Origin: Curvularia clavata
Taxonomy: Eukaryota
DNA: 64,000 bases
Direction: 5' to 3'
Assembly: GCA_023920165.1 (NCBI GenBank)
Contig: CP089274.1
Span: forward strand, 2,418,001 to 2,482,000
Shown here in pieces: positions 48,392 through 62,881 of the stretch (positions are counted from its first letter, which is position 1; each line of letters opens with the position of its first letter). The notes beneath the pieces were generated by a model that was not told the DNA's origin, ran no database searches, and worked only from the letters and a program-made list of their open reading frames with translations. The translations under genes and the position numbers were made by a program.

Positions 48392-49646
48392 TTAGAAGCT
48401 CTCTTCAGAGTCTTCTGAACTGCTGCGACCCTTGCCTCCAGAAGTACGCTCATACGCTCTAGGGCTGCCCTTGCAGTGCTTAACAATCCAGGGGTGCCTC
48501 TCGACTTCCTCAAGAGCAATGCGCTTCTCAGGGTCGAGTACCAGCAATCTCTTGATCAGATCCCGTGCCTCTGAGCTGACGAAACTGGGTACTGTGTACT
48601 CTCCCCTCGCAATCTTGCGCTGTGTCATGACTTGTGTGTCCTCAAACGGCGCCTCGCCAACCAAGAATTCGTATGTCAGTACGCCCAAACTCCAGAGGTC
48701 AACCTTCTCAGAGTAGTAGTTGTCCTTGCCGCCACCGCGGAGCATCTCCGGAGGAAGGTAGTCGAGAGTTCCGCACATTGTGTTGCGACGGTTGTTGGGT
48801 GCGTGGACTGACCAACCAAAGTCGGAAATCTTGATCTCGCCGTGAATGCCAACGAGGATGTTCTCAGGCTTGATGTCACGGTGCATGACGTGCTTCTTGT
48901 GGAGGTACTTGAGTGCGGCGGCCATCTGAGCAACGTATTGAGCAGCCTTCCACTCAGGGAAACGCTGTTCCTTGCGGAGGTGCTTGTATAGCTCTCCCTT
49001 TCCAGCAAACTCGAGAATGAGAAAGATGCGTTTGGCATCATGAAAATGGCCAAACAACTTGAGAATGTTGGGGTGGGTGAGGTGCGATTGGATCTCAATC
49101 TCGCGCCTCACCTGCTTCTCGACCTTGCCTTGTTGGAGCTCAGCCTTGTGCAAGACCTTGAGAGCACAGACAAAGCCCGAGGCGCGCTCCTTGGCGAGGT
49201 AAACACGACCAAACTTGCCCTTTCCAAGAGGCTTGCCAATCTCAAACATGCCGAGGTGCCATTGCTTGGGCGTTGCAGGGTTCGATGGGACACTGTAGAC
49301 GGCTGACTCAGTGAGGGTACGGCGGTGTCCCGAGGTGTGTTCTGACGGCCGGCTGGCGTTTGCGGCAAGGTTGACCTTTGCGATGTTTGCTGTCTTTGCA
49401 TTCTGCGTCGCGATCTTTTGGAGCGGAATTTGGTGAGGCAGCTTCATGCGGTTGGCTGCTGATTGCGAAGCTGAAAGGCCGGCTACCGATGGCTGGTGCT
49501 GTCAGAGACGCTGCGATGAGACCCTTCTCGCATGCACATACCTTCTTTGCCTTCTGGTAGGCCGCGCTGGGGGCAGTCTGCTCGTCATTCTCGTCGTGAA
49601 TGGTGGTGCGCTCAAGGGCGGCTTCGAGGTTGGCTACGTCCGCCAT
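48392..49646 (-). CDS. IPL1: Aurora kinase (Ipl1/Ark1)
   Basis: Exon 1 49646-49542, intron 49541-49493. Motifs [19 protein letters not shown] and [26 protein letters not shown]. Confidence 0.96.
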
Positions 49647-50009
49647 TGCTGGTAGCGGTGTTATTTGCTGGTGCAAGCCGTAGCGACAGAAGACTGGCAA
49701 AAAGAAGAAGGCAGCCGGATGTTTTCCTTCGCTCGAGGCGTGGTTGTCGAGTGGAGAAGGGGGCGGTGGAGGATGGATGGTTTTCAAACCGCTGGGGATG
49801 CCAGCACGGTCGCCAGTTGTCAAACAAGTGGGTTTTGGTGGTTGCTATGGGTGACGGCGGCTAGGCCATCAGGGCGTCGGGGCGTCGGGGCTTGGGATCG
49901 CGCCCCACCCTTGCCTGTCCCCGCCATCGACGACACTCATTGCACATGCGATGATCTGACTATTCTTTGCGCACGCTCAATTCGACATCGTCGCGTCAAT
50001 TGCAGCATC

Positions 50010-50868
50010 ATGGCATCGCTCAACGGTGCCCCCGCAGACACTGTGGCGCCCGGCCATGCCGACACCAGCATTACCAAGGACGGCTTCAAGATCACCACGC
50101 GCAAACTGCCAATCCTCAAGGCTGGGCCTATTGAAGACATGACGAAGAAGCTGGGAATCGCGCCACCGGAAATGATCTTTGGAGACAACATGGTCCGCAT
50201 AGACCATGCGCAGAGCGGTTGGTTTATTGAATTCAACGCCTTCGATGCGCTCGACCGGGTGGACAAAACGGGCGAGAACATGTTCAAGGTCTCATACTCC
50301 AAGGAGTGGCAACAGAACCGGTGAGGAAGACATGAGTCTTATGAAGGGTGCGCTGCTAATCCTCGTCAGGCAAAAGCAGTTTGAAGATATTAAAGAAGTA
50401 GTTAAGCCTTTCGACTGGTCCTACAGCACCGACTACAAGGGCACCACCCCTTCCACACCTGCCTTCGAGCCCACCGAGACACCAATACCCCTCGCACTGC
50501 TCAAACGCCCGGACCCCATACACTTCTTTGACGAGCTCGTTCTCTACGAAGATGAACTCGCAGACAACGGCATTGCCATGCTCTCCTGCAAAGTGCGCGT
50601 CATGCCACAACGACTGCTCTTGCTCGTGCGCTTCTTCATGCGCCTTGACGATGTAGTTTTTAGGATTCGAGATACAAGAGTATTCGTTGAGTTTGCAGAC
50701 AAAGTCGTCTTGAGGGAGTACACCGCCAGGGAAGAGAAATATGAGGAGGTTCGGAAGAAGCTGGCCGGCAGGAAAGAAGACGTACTCGCCATCATGCGGG
50801 ATCCGAACCGGTTAGCTGAACATATACCTATTGTCGAGCACAAGCTGGAAGGACTGCAACTGCAGTGA
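50010..50868 (+). CDS. TIP41: Type 2A phosphatase regulator Tip41
   Basis: PPEMIFGDN, intron 50321-50369, then PFDWSYSTDYKGT, LYEDELADNG and RFFMRLDDVVFRIRDTR. Confidence 0.95.
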
Positions 50869-51793
50869 GGCGAAGTGTGCGCAATCAGCACAAAGGCACA
50901 ACATGTGGCTCAGTTGCGACGGCAGGGATATACCGGCGACGCACGTCCATCCAGCCTTTCAACTGGTAAGCTTAATCATCCAACATAGCCTACTTGCCCT
51001 GAATCAACCCCTGGATTAATAATTCTCGGGCTAATCATGTAACAAGTCCCCAAGTGTCTCTTGCCGCCAATTTGAGATACCTAGCAGGTCCTGATAGGGT
51101 AGCCAGGGTACGATAGAGGCAACGCGCGTACTTAATTTGCTCTGGGAATTTGCTTACTGCAAGTAAGCATGTCGAGGTTTTCCGCGCGGACACAAGATAT
51201 GGGAATGTTTACAGTACACAACTAGGCTTGTGTCGGCCTCAATCGTACTCTTAGTCTCGTACAGCTCGACACGCAACACTCTGAAACACGACTATTTACC
51301 GAATAAAAGTCGTGCTGCCGGTTCGCTGTACATATTGAAGCTGATCGCGCTCGGATCGTGCTATGTCTGCCAAACTGACAACGTTAACCAGTCTGAGTTG
51401 TGCACAGCTAGGACGGTACACAAATTCCTATGCAGATTCATCATTCCGCAAGAACAACAAGACATTGACATGTGAAAAGTTCTGATCACGAAAGTCAGTT
51501 TGCTAACTTGTTTGGTACAATAAATCAATGGTTTCATGCATACCCCATCTAGCAAATCGGGATACACGGTTTGGTGGTGTGATTTGTTCCAACCGTTTTG
51601 TTAAGAAACTGTCACAAAGTCAAAGTACGCGCTGGTAAAGCCACGAGAAACGTGCTAGTTAGGCACGTTTTTGCAGTCTGCCAACGGTCCGTCTCCTCGG
51701 TCGAACATTCTTAAAATCCCCCCATAGCGATAGCTGCACAGCCCCTTTGCAAGATGAATTCAATGATCGTCACAGCCATAAGCACAAACAGAG

Positions 51794-51825
51794 CGGAGAC
51801 TCGGAGGTTCGGAACCTCGGAACCA
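51794..51825 (+). promoter_or_regulatory. Four CGG triplets at 8-bp period (putative Zn2Cys6 binding array) upstream of the PDR transporter
   Basis: CGGAGACT CGGAGGTT CGGAACCT CGGAACCA. Confidence 0.5.
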
Positions 51826-52555
51826 GACCCTAGCCTGATAGCCTGTGATGACACAAGGGCGCAGTAGCGAGAAGCGTGGCGCTCGCCGAAAGAACCGAGC
51901 GATCATTTCGTCCGGAAATATTGTAGTGCATGTCGATCAAATGCTAGGGCGAGTGGCTCTTGACAGACCGTTGGGACCGAACAAAACGGATGGTCCCTTG
52001 CCTCTTGCTCGGCTGGCGAAAGTCCTTCAGTAGAAACAGAAATCGGTCTTGCTATGTATGAGACATTAACGCTTACGACGTCCCTTGACTAGCTTGCGAA
52101 CTGCATTGTGTTGTCAAAGTAATCTTCTTCACTTGCAACCTCCATTTCAGCTTTTGTCTGACGTAGTGTACGTCATATTCAAGATCGACCGGACGAACTT
52201 GGCGACCCATTTATTTTCAGGCCAGCCGAGTCTGGAACAGCACAGCGTTTGAGCTGATAGGAATGCGATGGATAGTGATGTTCGGCCCACACGGCGTAAG
52301 CTGTTGTGGCTGTATTCAGCTACAGATTCCGGACCAGTGTGTTGGCCGAAAACGGTTCGTCCAGCACGTCTGACGTGTTGTTGTAAAGGTAACGGACGCG
52401 GGAAGCACGAGATCCCGCTATCCGAGAAACTATGACCACATAGTCCGAAGAGTAGCCAGCAAGATGATATACATTGTTGTCCCAGCTGAACGATAAATAA
52501 TGTAACCGATATTTGATTTCGCACGCCTGCCAAAAAAAAGCTGTTGTAACACAGA

Positions 52556-55500
52556 ATGGCTGCCAACATTAATGGCGAGGCTTCGACATCAAACATGTCA
52601 GAGTCACATCGATCGCAGTCAAACACAGAAACCCACGCCATCCCATCGTCCCATTCTCACGCACAGGACATGTCAATCGAAAATGTCCTGTTTTCATCTG
52701 GTCATATACCACAACAACCTGAGAGCTCGTCCCATCTAAACAAAGAGGAGGAAGTGCCACTTGAAAAGATTGACACATCTGATTCGTCCGTCTCTTCAAA
52801 CACACGATATGGACTCAGCGAATCACCAAAAAGGCTGAAGAGAGCGGGAACATCGTCATCCGAAGATGCAGACCCAGTGGCTCTACAGCGTCGGGTGACC
52901 AGATCGGGGATTGACAATGAGGGAAGACAGGAACTGGTGCGCCTGTTCTCAGTAACGTCACCGCAAATCAGCCGTCGAATGAGTATTGCGGCACCAGGAG
53001 ATCCAGAAGTAGACCCCAGCAACGAGGCTTTCGACTTGAGCAAGTTTCTGAAACTGTTTCGCCGCCAGCTCGAGGGCGAAGGAATTGAGATGAAAAAAGT
53101 CAGCGTCGTGTTCAAAAACCTGAACGTGTTTGGCTCTGGCAAAGCTCTCCAACTCCAGAGCACTGTTACAGACATGTTCATGGCCCCCTTCCGGGCTAAA
53201 GAGTACTTTGGAAAGACCCAACGCAAGCAAATCCTCCACTCATTCGACGGCATCATTCGAGCAGGCGAGCTCTGTGTCGTCCTTGGTCGACCAGGCTCGG
53301 GTTGCTCTACACTGCTGAAGGCTCTGACTGGCGAGCTTCACGGCCTCGAGACGGACGATTCCATAATTCACTACAACGGTGTCCCCCAGCATCGCATGCG
53401 CAAAGAGTTCAAGGGTGAAACCGTATACAATCAGGAAGTCGACAAGCATTTCCCTCACTTGACCGTCGGTCAGACTCTAGAATTCGCGGCAGCAGTCCGA
53501 ACACCATCAAGCCGTCCTGGCGGAACGAGCCGCGACGAATTCTCTCGGTTCATCACCAAGGTTGTTATGGCCGTTCTTGGGCTTTCACACACATACAACA
53601 CCAAGGTTGGAGACGATTTTGTGCGCGGCGTCTCAGGCGGTGAGCGTAAGCGTGTCTCTGTTGCTGAGATGATGTTGGCTGGATCTCCTTTCGCTGCATG
53701 GGACAACTCAACCCGTGGTCTCGACTCAGCTACGGCTTTGAAGTTTGTCGACGCCTTGAGAGTCGGTTGTGATATGGCTGGAGGTGCAGCTGCAGTTGCT
53801 ATCTACCAGGCCAGCCAAAGCGTATACGACCGCTTCGACAAGGCTGCCGTGTTGTATGAAGGACGTCAGATCTATTTTGGCCCAGCGGACAAAGCCAGGA
53901 GCTTCTTCGAACGTCAAGGCTGGTAAGTTTGCTTTAGTATACAAGCCTAACATTGTATTGACATGGTTTAGGTACTGCCCACCTCGACAGACGACCGGAG
54001 ATTTCCTCACAGCAGTTACCAACCCGCAAGAGCGGAAGCCCAAGGAGGGCATGGAAAAGCGAGTCCCTCGAACTCCAGAGGAGTTTGAAAAGTACTGGCG
54101 CGAGTCTCCAGAGTACCAGGCTTTGCTTGAAGAGATTGCCGATTTCGAAGAGGAAAACCCGATTAACGAGCAGGCTACTCTTGAACAGCTGCGTCAGCAG
54201 AAGAACGTCATGCAGGTGCGTGTCTCAAAGATCTGCTCAAATCCCTAATTGATACTGATTTCCTATCTAGGGCAAACATGCTCGTCCCAAGTCTCCCTAT
54301 TTGATCAGCGTTCCCCTGCAGGTCAAGCTCAACACACGACGAGCTTATCAACGCATTTGGGGCGACATCGCTTCCACAGCTACACAAGCTGGCCTCAACA
54401 TCATCATGGCCCTCATCGTCGGTTCCATCTTCTACGGCCACTCAAAAGGCACGTCCTCATTCCAAGGCCGCGGAGCCGTTATTTTCCTCGCCATTCTATT
54501 CAACGCCCTCACATCTATCGGTGAAATCTCTGGTCTATACGCGCAACGCCCTATCGTCGAGAAACATAACTCGTATGCCTTCTACCATCCGTCTACCGAA
54601 GCCATAGCGGGCATTGTCGCCGATATACCGGTCAAGTTTGTCCAGGCTGTGGTTTTTAACGTTATTCTTTACTTCTTGGCTCAACTGCGTGCGGAAGCTG
54701 GACAATTCTTCCTGTTCTTCCTCATTACTTACATGTCAACTCTCACTATGGCTGCCATTTTCCGGACGACTGCCGCAGTCACCAAGACGGCATCGCAAGC
54801 CATGGCGGGTGCTGGTGTGCTCGTGCTGATGCTAGTAATCTACACAGGCTTTGTCATTCGTATTCCGCAGATGCACGACTGGTTTGGATGGATCAGATGG
54901 ATCAACCCGATCTTCTACGCTTTCGAGATCTTGCTCGCCAATGAGTTCCACGGGGTTGATTTTCCATGTGACTCCATTGTTCCTTCGGGACCTGGCTACA
55001 CGCCTAGCGGCAACAGCTTCATATGCAATGTCGAAGGCTCTGTGACTGGACAGAACTTCGTCAACGGCGATCGATTCATCCAAGTAGCGTATTCGTACTC
55101 CTGGAGTCATGCGTGGCGTAACTTCGGCATTCTCTGCGCGTTCTTGATCTTTTTCATGGTCACGTACTTTGTTTCTGTTGAGATCAACTCTTCCACGACG
55201 AGCACTGCCGAGCAACTGGTCTTCCGCCGCGGACATGTCCCAGCCTACTTGCAAACTGATGGAAAACAGACTGACGTAGAATCTGGTGAAGCCAAGCAGG
55301 AAAAAGAAGCAGGTGCTGGCGACGTCAGTGCTATTGAGGAGCAGAAGGGGATTTTCACATGGCGAGATGTGGTCTATGACATTGAGATCAAGGGTGAGCC
55401 CCGGCGTCTACTTGATCATGTTTCCGGCTATGTCAAACCTGGTACTATGACCGCACTCATGGGTGTCTCTGGAGCTGGAAAGACGACACTTCTCGACGCT

Positions 55501-57496
55501 CTTGCCCAACGGACGACCATGGGCGTCATCACAGGCGACATGCTTGTTAACGGCAAGCCCCTGGATCCTGCATTCCAGCGCTCCACAGGCTATGTTCAGC
55601 AACAGTCAGTCTTAATGCCTCCTGAAATTTGTTCCAGAGTACTAACAAGATCAGGGATCTACATCTCGAAACTTCTACTGTTCGCGAGGCACTGCAGTTC
55701 TCCGCTATGCTCCGACAGCCGAAGACTGTCAGCAAAAAGGAAAAGTTCGAATATGTCGAAGAAGTCATCAAGATGCTCAACATGTCGGACTTTGCCGAGG
55801 CTGTGGTCGGTGTTCCTGGCGAGGGTCTTAACGTTGAGCAGCGTAAGCTTTTGACAATTGGTGTTGAACTCGCAGCGAAGCCTAAGCTTCTGCTTTTCCT
55901 CGACGAGCCTACATCCGGTCTCGACTCACAGGTCAGTATCATTTGCTGGATAAAAAGCCAACTGAACAAGATGAACATCCGTTAACACATACACAGAGTT
56001 CGTGGTCCATCATCGCCTTCCTTCGCAAACTCAGTTCGGCGGGCCAAGCAATCCTCTGCACCATCCACCAGCCCAGCGCCATCCTCTTCCAAGAATTCGA
56101 TCGACTTCTTTTCCTCGCCCGTGGAGGTAAGACGGTGTACTTTGGCGACCTTGGCAAGAACTCGCGGACCCTGCTCGACTACTTTGAGAACAACGGGGCG
56201 CGAAAATGCGGCGAAGACGAGAACCCAGCCGAGTACATGCTAGAAATTGTCAACGCAGGCAAAAACAACGAAGGCAGAGACTGGTTCGACGTATGGAAGC
56301 AGAGCAACGAAGCACAGACGGTTCAGAGACAGATCGACGAGCTGCACGAAGCAAGCCGGAGCAACGACCTCAACATTTCCGCTGAAACTGGTGGAGGCGA
56401 ATTCGCCATGCCACTGCTATCCCAGATCATTGAGTGTACATACCGCGCCTTCCAACAGTACTGGCGCATGCCCAGCTACGTCCTGGCCAAGTTCGGTCTC
56501 TGCGCCATTGCGGGTCTCTTCATCGGCTTCTCCTTCTACAAGGCCAACACAACCATAGCCGGCATGCAGACCATCATCTTCAGCGCCTTCATGATCACCA
56601 CCATCTTCTCGTCACTTGTCCAACAGATCCAGCCCCTCTTCGTCACCCAACGCTCCCTGTACGAGTCCCGCGAGAGGCCCTCCAAAGCATACAGCTGGAG
56701 CGCCTTCATGGCCGCCAATATGATAGTCGAGATACCATACGGCATCGTAGCCGGTATCATTACCTACGCATGCTTCTACTACCCTGTCGTTGGCGCTGAC
56801 CAATCCGGTGAACGACAAGCCCTTATCATGCTCTTCTGCGTCCAACTCCTCATCTACACCTCCACCTTCGCCGACATGACCATCGCTGCGTTGCCAAACG
56901 CTGAAACAGCATCTGGTCTCGTCTCCCTACTTACCATTATGAGCATCCTCTTCAACGGTGTCATGCAACCCCCCAGCAACCTCCCTGGCTTCTGGCTCTT
57001 CATGTACCGCGTCAGCCCGTTTACCTACTGGATCGGCGGCATGGTAAGCACCATGTCCGCGGGTCGCAGCGTCGTCTGTAGTCCCTCAGAAGTTTTGACT
57101 TTCGATCCACCGTCCGGTCAAACCTGCGGCGCGTACCTGAACCCCTACGCCACTACAACTGGCGGCACAATTCAGAACCCGGATGCTACGGCTGATTGTC
57201 GGTACTGTACCCTGAGCAACACGGATCAGTTCCTGGCGGGTTCCAAGATTTACTATAGCCAGAGGTGGAGGAACTTTGGGCTCATGTTTGCATATATTGC
57301 GTTTAATGTTTTCCTGGCGGTGCTGTCGTACTATCTCTTTAGGGTGGCGAAGTTGGAAAGCATCAAGAGCGTGTTTAATAAGAGGAAGGGTAGCAAGAAG
57401 GCCAAGGGCAAGGCAGTCGAGGCAGCCGAGAAGGCAGCGAGCCAAGGGGCTCATCCGGGAGAGAGGAGCGGGCGGAATGATGCTGGTGTTGTTTGA
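52556..57496 (+). CDS. Full-size PDR-type (ABCG) multidrug ABC transporter
   Basis: NBD1 GRPGSGCST and [13 protein letters not shown]2 GVSGAGKT and [15 protein letters not shown]. Introns 53923-53971, 54216-54270, 55605-55654 and 55932-55996 join all ORF pieces in frame. Confidence 0.96.
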
Positions 57497-59863
57497 AGTG
57501 TCTCATAATGCTAGATTGGATATTTCTGAGACATTTTGGCATATCAAAACATGGGTTGGAAGTAGAATAGATATTCGTTTTATTTTGTCAAGTTTTTAGC
57601 TAGTAGATTTTGTAATAAGATAATCTTAGTCTTTTATATAAATCATTGCTCAATGAATTGTTTTCTATGGCTACCCCTAGAAGTATGCAGGTTTCTAGAC
57701 TACCGTTTCACCCTTCTCTCGGGTTCCTGGGTTCCCTGTCTAGTACCCTAGACTTCCAGGATCCATCGCACCGGTACAGCGTCGGTCCCAGACTTTATGT
57801 CTCGGAGTTTTGGTTGATGTTTGTTTTCTGATTGGGGTCTACTTCCCTACTGACTGCAGTTTTACTTCTCAGTTTTTAGGCTTGGACGTATGGAGTTAGC
57901 CAAGTGCAATAGGCTAGACTGGACGAACTGAGTCCCTCTAACACATCTCTTCATGCTAGTGAAGTGGGATATTGAAAGATAACGATTGAAAGTCGCATTA
58001 GGAGGCTGGTCGGACAACTGACATGTAAAGACTGGTGATATGGGGACAGAGGCTGAGTCGGATGTAGGTCGGGTGATCAGTGCCCGAATCTGCGATGGAT
58101 TGGGGAAAGGACATGCAGGGTTGTGGGGGAAATAATGGGGATGTTACGAGCATTTCTGTTGGGTTGGTAGCCTAGGCTTCCGGTACCTGTGTTGTCGGGA
58201 GCCAAGGTCGAGAAGCAATAACCGGATCTAGTTGACCTAGCTGAATTCAGTCGAGTGTTGCCGACGCGCGAACTAAGGGACTGGTGTCTCTAGATACTCT
58301 ACCAATTCAGGAAAACATAAACGCCACGACGCGATGATTCGGAGCCGGAAGGCCCGATGGCTACGCCCCGAACATTAACAAACACCAGGGTCTAGCATGA
58401 TTTTTTGACTGGGTGCGACCTCATTGGGCACCAAAAGTCGTAAAGGGCTAGGCCTGTTATCGCATTATCTCGCCATCCGACCTCCGAGGAAGAGCCTCAT
58501 TGATGTGCGGCTATCGCGTGAAGAACTTTTGTTTCCCTGTCAGAACGACCGACGTCGCCCAGAGCCGTCCGGTAAGGATCACAACTTGTTTAACGGGCTG
58601 CCAAGCCTTATACAACAGTCAATGTTGCGTTTCGTATGGAGTTACTCCAGTACCAAGACATAAGTAATATGTACAGACATATATGCCTAATGCATTGTGT
58701 TGAACTGCCTAGTGCGCCATTTCGGCAGCGACCATGCGCCTTGTCGTTGTCCAGAGATCCGACGGGACGTTTTTCTTTGACGTACGCACGTACGAAGCAA
58801 CACTTGACCTGACGATCCTAACTGCATTAATGGCTCAACTTCGGGCCACACCATGTTTATTGCGGGGAACCAGGTCGATTACGCGATTTGTGTGGAGCAC
58901 GTCAACCGATCCCCATGTGACAAGAAATGGATACTGGGGGCGTTGCCAGGGGGCGGATTTCCCATATCGGCTTAACCAATACCAGAAGTGCACAACGCTT
59001 CCCGACGCTTGCATCGATTCTTGCAAAAACTTCTGCTCCCCTGCCGACCTCGTGACGAAGGTGCCTACTCGTCGGGACATTTACTCGGCTGTATGGGCCT
59101 GACTTTTTTGCCCCGCTCCACTCCATGGAATGCTGGGGCCCTGTGTGGAGAAATGGCACTGTCGTGGGACATGGACTTCCCCGAGCACATGAGTCGTCAT
59201 GGAAAAGCGCACAACAGTGTAAATATGGCAGTATCTGGGGATTGATTATGTGAAAGGGCGACTTCTCTGCTGTGTAAATAAGCTTCTAAGGAGGCTGCAA
59301 TAAGCATACTTTATGATATGGTTCGAACGCCCCCAGCGCCACGGTAAGAGAAACTATACCCAAGCAAATTAGTAGACCACTCTACTCCTCGGGAGCGGTC
59401 TGCCCAGATCACGGCAATGATGCGGTGCAAACTCGTTGGTCAAACCGAGTCATTCACTTCGTTGTCATTATCCCCGCAAACCCATACGAGTCAAGTTACG
59501 GCGCTTTGCACTCCGACTCTCCACGGGCGGTCTCCACACCCATCTGCCGAGGCGCATACACCTGTAGAACCGCCATCTTGGCAGACGCCTCGCGCTCTTC
59601 GCATGACGTCGTTATTGGCAATGGCTCGATCAACTTGACATGGAGCAAGCTTGCGGAGACTCCACAAACTGCACGGGTAAACTTCGGTTCACAACGCGGT
59701 TGCATCGTCGGCCTCTGAATATGGTAGTCCCGGCTATGAGATGTTACCTGTCGGGCGGGCGAGTTTGGTCCGGAGCCAAACATAATGGTAGTATATAAGT
59801 ACCTCGATGCAACGACCATGATCGATATTCAGGCTTTCGGTTCACCTTCGACTATCCAGAATC

Positions 59864-62373
59864 ATGGCTCCCTCTGTCCTCTCCGCAGTGCTCTCGGGCT
59901 CTGCCCTCTTGGCTGCTGTCCATGCTCAGAACTTCGAAGGTGGTAGTCGAGGTGAAGAGGCGTTTGAATACGTCCAACCGCTCAACACTACCATTCTGAC
60001 CGAGTATGGCTCCTCGCCGCCTGTATACCCTTCACGTAAGTTTTCTCTGGAATAGTTGCTCTGTTTCGAACATGCCTAACATCTGCTGTAGCAAAGACTT
60101 CTGGTGCTGGCGGTTGGGAAATGGGTCTTGAGAAGGCAAAAGCTTTCGTGGCTCAACTCACTCTGGAAGAGAAGGCCGATATGGTCACTGGCCAGGCCGG
60201 ACCCTGCGTTGGCAACATTGTTGCCATTCCCCGCCTAGGCTTCCCTGGTCTTTGTCTTCAGGATGGTCCTCTTGCCATTCGTGTGGCTGATTATGCAAGC
60301 GTCTTCTCCGCTGGTGTGTCTGCTGGCGCCACATGGGACAAGAAAATCATGTATGAGCGCGGTCACGCCATGGGTCAAGAGTTCAGGGCAAAGGGTGCTC
60401 AAGTTATGTTGGGTCCTGTTGCAGGACCACTTGGACGCTCCGCCTATGCAGGCCGTAACTGGGAGGGTTTCTCCTCAGACCCGTACCTCAGCGGTGTTGC
60501 CATGGAGCAGACAATTTTAGCCGCTCAAGACGCGGGTGTGCAAGCTTGTGCTAAGCACTGGGTTGGCAATGAGCAGGAGATTATGCGCAACCCTACCTAC
60601 AGGACAGACGACAACACCGAGCAGAAACAAGCAGCTTTGTCGTCCAATATCGATGACCGCACCATGCACGAACTCTACATGTGGCCCTTTGCCAATGCCG
60701 TCAAGGCTCGCGCTGCCAGCTTCATGTGCTCATACCAGAGGATCAACGGATCCTACGGATGCCAAAACTCCGCTTCTCAGAACGGCCTGCTCAAGACTGA
60801 GCTCGGCTTCCAGGGATACATCATGTCTGATTGGGGTGCGACCCACTCTGGTGTTGCTTCCATTGAGGCCGGTCTCGACATGAACATGCCTGGTGGACTT
60901 GGTGCTTATGGACTCAACTTTGGCGTTCCATCTTACTTTGGCGGCAACGTTACTCTTGCTGTCAACAACGGAACTGTCAACGAGTCCCGTATCGATGACA
61001 TGGTCATTCGTATCATGACTCCCTACTTCCAGCTCGGCCAGGACAAGGATTTCCCCTCCACCGATCCTTCCACTGCTGATCTCAACACCTTCTCTCCTCG
61101 CAAGACCTGGACCCGCGAGTTCAACCTCACTGGCGAGGTGAGCCGTGATGTCCGTGGCAACCACGCCGAGCTCATCCGCAGGCACGGTGCTGCTGGTAGC
61201 GTTCTGTTGAAGAATGTGGACTGTACCCTTCCTCTCAAGGCTCCCCGCAACGTTGCTGTCTTTGGCAACGGCGCTGGTGACCCAGTCCGCAGCTCTGTCC
61301 TTAACCAGCAGAACTACGAGTACGGTGCTCTCTTTGCTGGCGGTGGCTCTGGTACCGGCCAGTTCACTTACATGGTCTCGCCCCTCTCTGCCATCCAGCA
61401 GCGTGTCAAGCAAGATCACGGTATCGTTCAATACTTCTTGAACAACACTTACATCACTACCAACAACATCAGCACTCTGGTCATCCCACGCGCAGTACCT
61501 GACGTTTGCATTGTCATGCTCAAGACCTGGGCCGAGGAGGGTGACGACCGTGCTCACCTAGGATCCGACTGGGATGGTGATAAGGTTGTCGAGTCTGTTG
61601 CATCTTACTGCAACAACACTGTCGTTGTCACCCACTCTTCCGGTGTCAACACCCTGCCATGGTCCGACCACCCCAACGTTACCGCCATCCTCGCCGCTCA
61701 CTTCCCCGGTGAGGAGTCTGGAAACTCTCTTGTAGACATCCTCTACGGCGACGTCAACCCCTCCGGCCATCTCCCTTACACCATCGCCATGAACGGCAGT
61801 GACTGGAACGCACCTCCCACCACCGCCATCCAAACCGATGGCTTCAACGACTGGCAGAGCTGGTTCGACGAGAAGCTTGAGATTGACTACCGCCACTTCG
61901 ACATGCACAACATTTCCGTCCGCTACGAATTCGGCTTCGGTCTCTCATACACCACCTTCTCCATTTCCGATATCCAGTCCTCTCCTCTCGAGCACAACAT
62001 CACCTCCATGCCCGAGGACCTTCCCATTCAGCCCGGCGGCAACCCCGCTCTCTGGGAATCCCTCTACAACGTTACAGTCTCCGTCGCCAACACCGGTGAT
62101 GTCGCCGGCGCCGCTGTACCCCAGCTGTACGTTGGCCTGCCTTCTTCCGCCCCTGCCGGCACCCCCGTGCGCCAGCTCCGCGGCTTCGAGAAGGTGTACC
62201 TTGAGAAGGGCGAGTCGCAGAGCGTCAGCTTCGAGCTGCAACGCCGCGACCTCAGCTACTGGGATGTTGTCAGCCAGCAGTGGGTTATTCCTGAGGGTGA
62301 GTTCAACATTTGGGTTGGACTCAGCAGCAGGGATTTGAAGGTTAAGGATAGCTTTACGGTTGTTGGACAGTAA
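59864..62373 (+). CDS. bglG: Secreted GH3 beta-glucosidase (BglG-like)
   Basis: Signal peptide; intron 60036-60091; motifs GRNWEGF, AKHW and IMSDW nucleophile; C-terminal Fn3-like domain (QLRGFEKV). The N-terminal YVQPLNTTIL segment resembles Aspergillus BglG as I recall it. Confidence 0.92.
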
Positions 62374-62881
62374 AAGATCCTGGCCAGGAAAAGTGTTTAC
62401 GTGATTATGAGTATACGAACAGATAGTTAATTTCTATTGTTTCCTAAACTACTCCTTGTGGGGTTTGATGCTCGTGATGCAAATTTCATGGGCTGAACAT
62501 GCTTTGTTATCTGATATTTGATTGAGCTCCTCACACGCTGTTGTGCAGCAGTCGACGAACACCAAATCTATATCTGGTATGAGCTTACATCAGTAGCGTG
62601 GCAGGGTGAGGGATCGCAATCATGCAGTGATACAGCCTCAACAAGGATAAGCCAGCACAACTTGGACATCACGGCATGTACTGAATAAGAGAGTAGAGTA
62701 TGACGAGACCTTAGCGTTCCATTTTTTTTAACAACAGGCAGAATTGACTTTCCACCAAATAGCCAAATACACGAGTCCCTTCCTCCAATGCCTCCCGATG
62801 CACTCAACACATTAAGGCTTTCTCGTCACCACTCGCCAACACCCACCCACCAACTCATCCCGAGCTTCTATTGCACCAACA

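Noticed and set aside
58734..59102. Cys-containing 122-aa ORF as a small secreted effector
   Set aside because: No signal peptide and no recognisable pattern; lies in the bglG upstream region.
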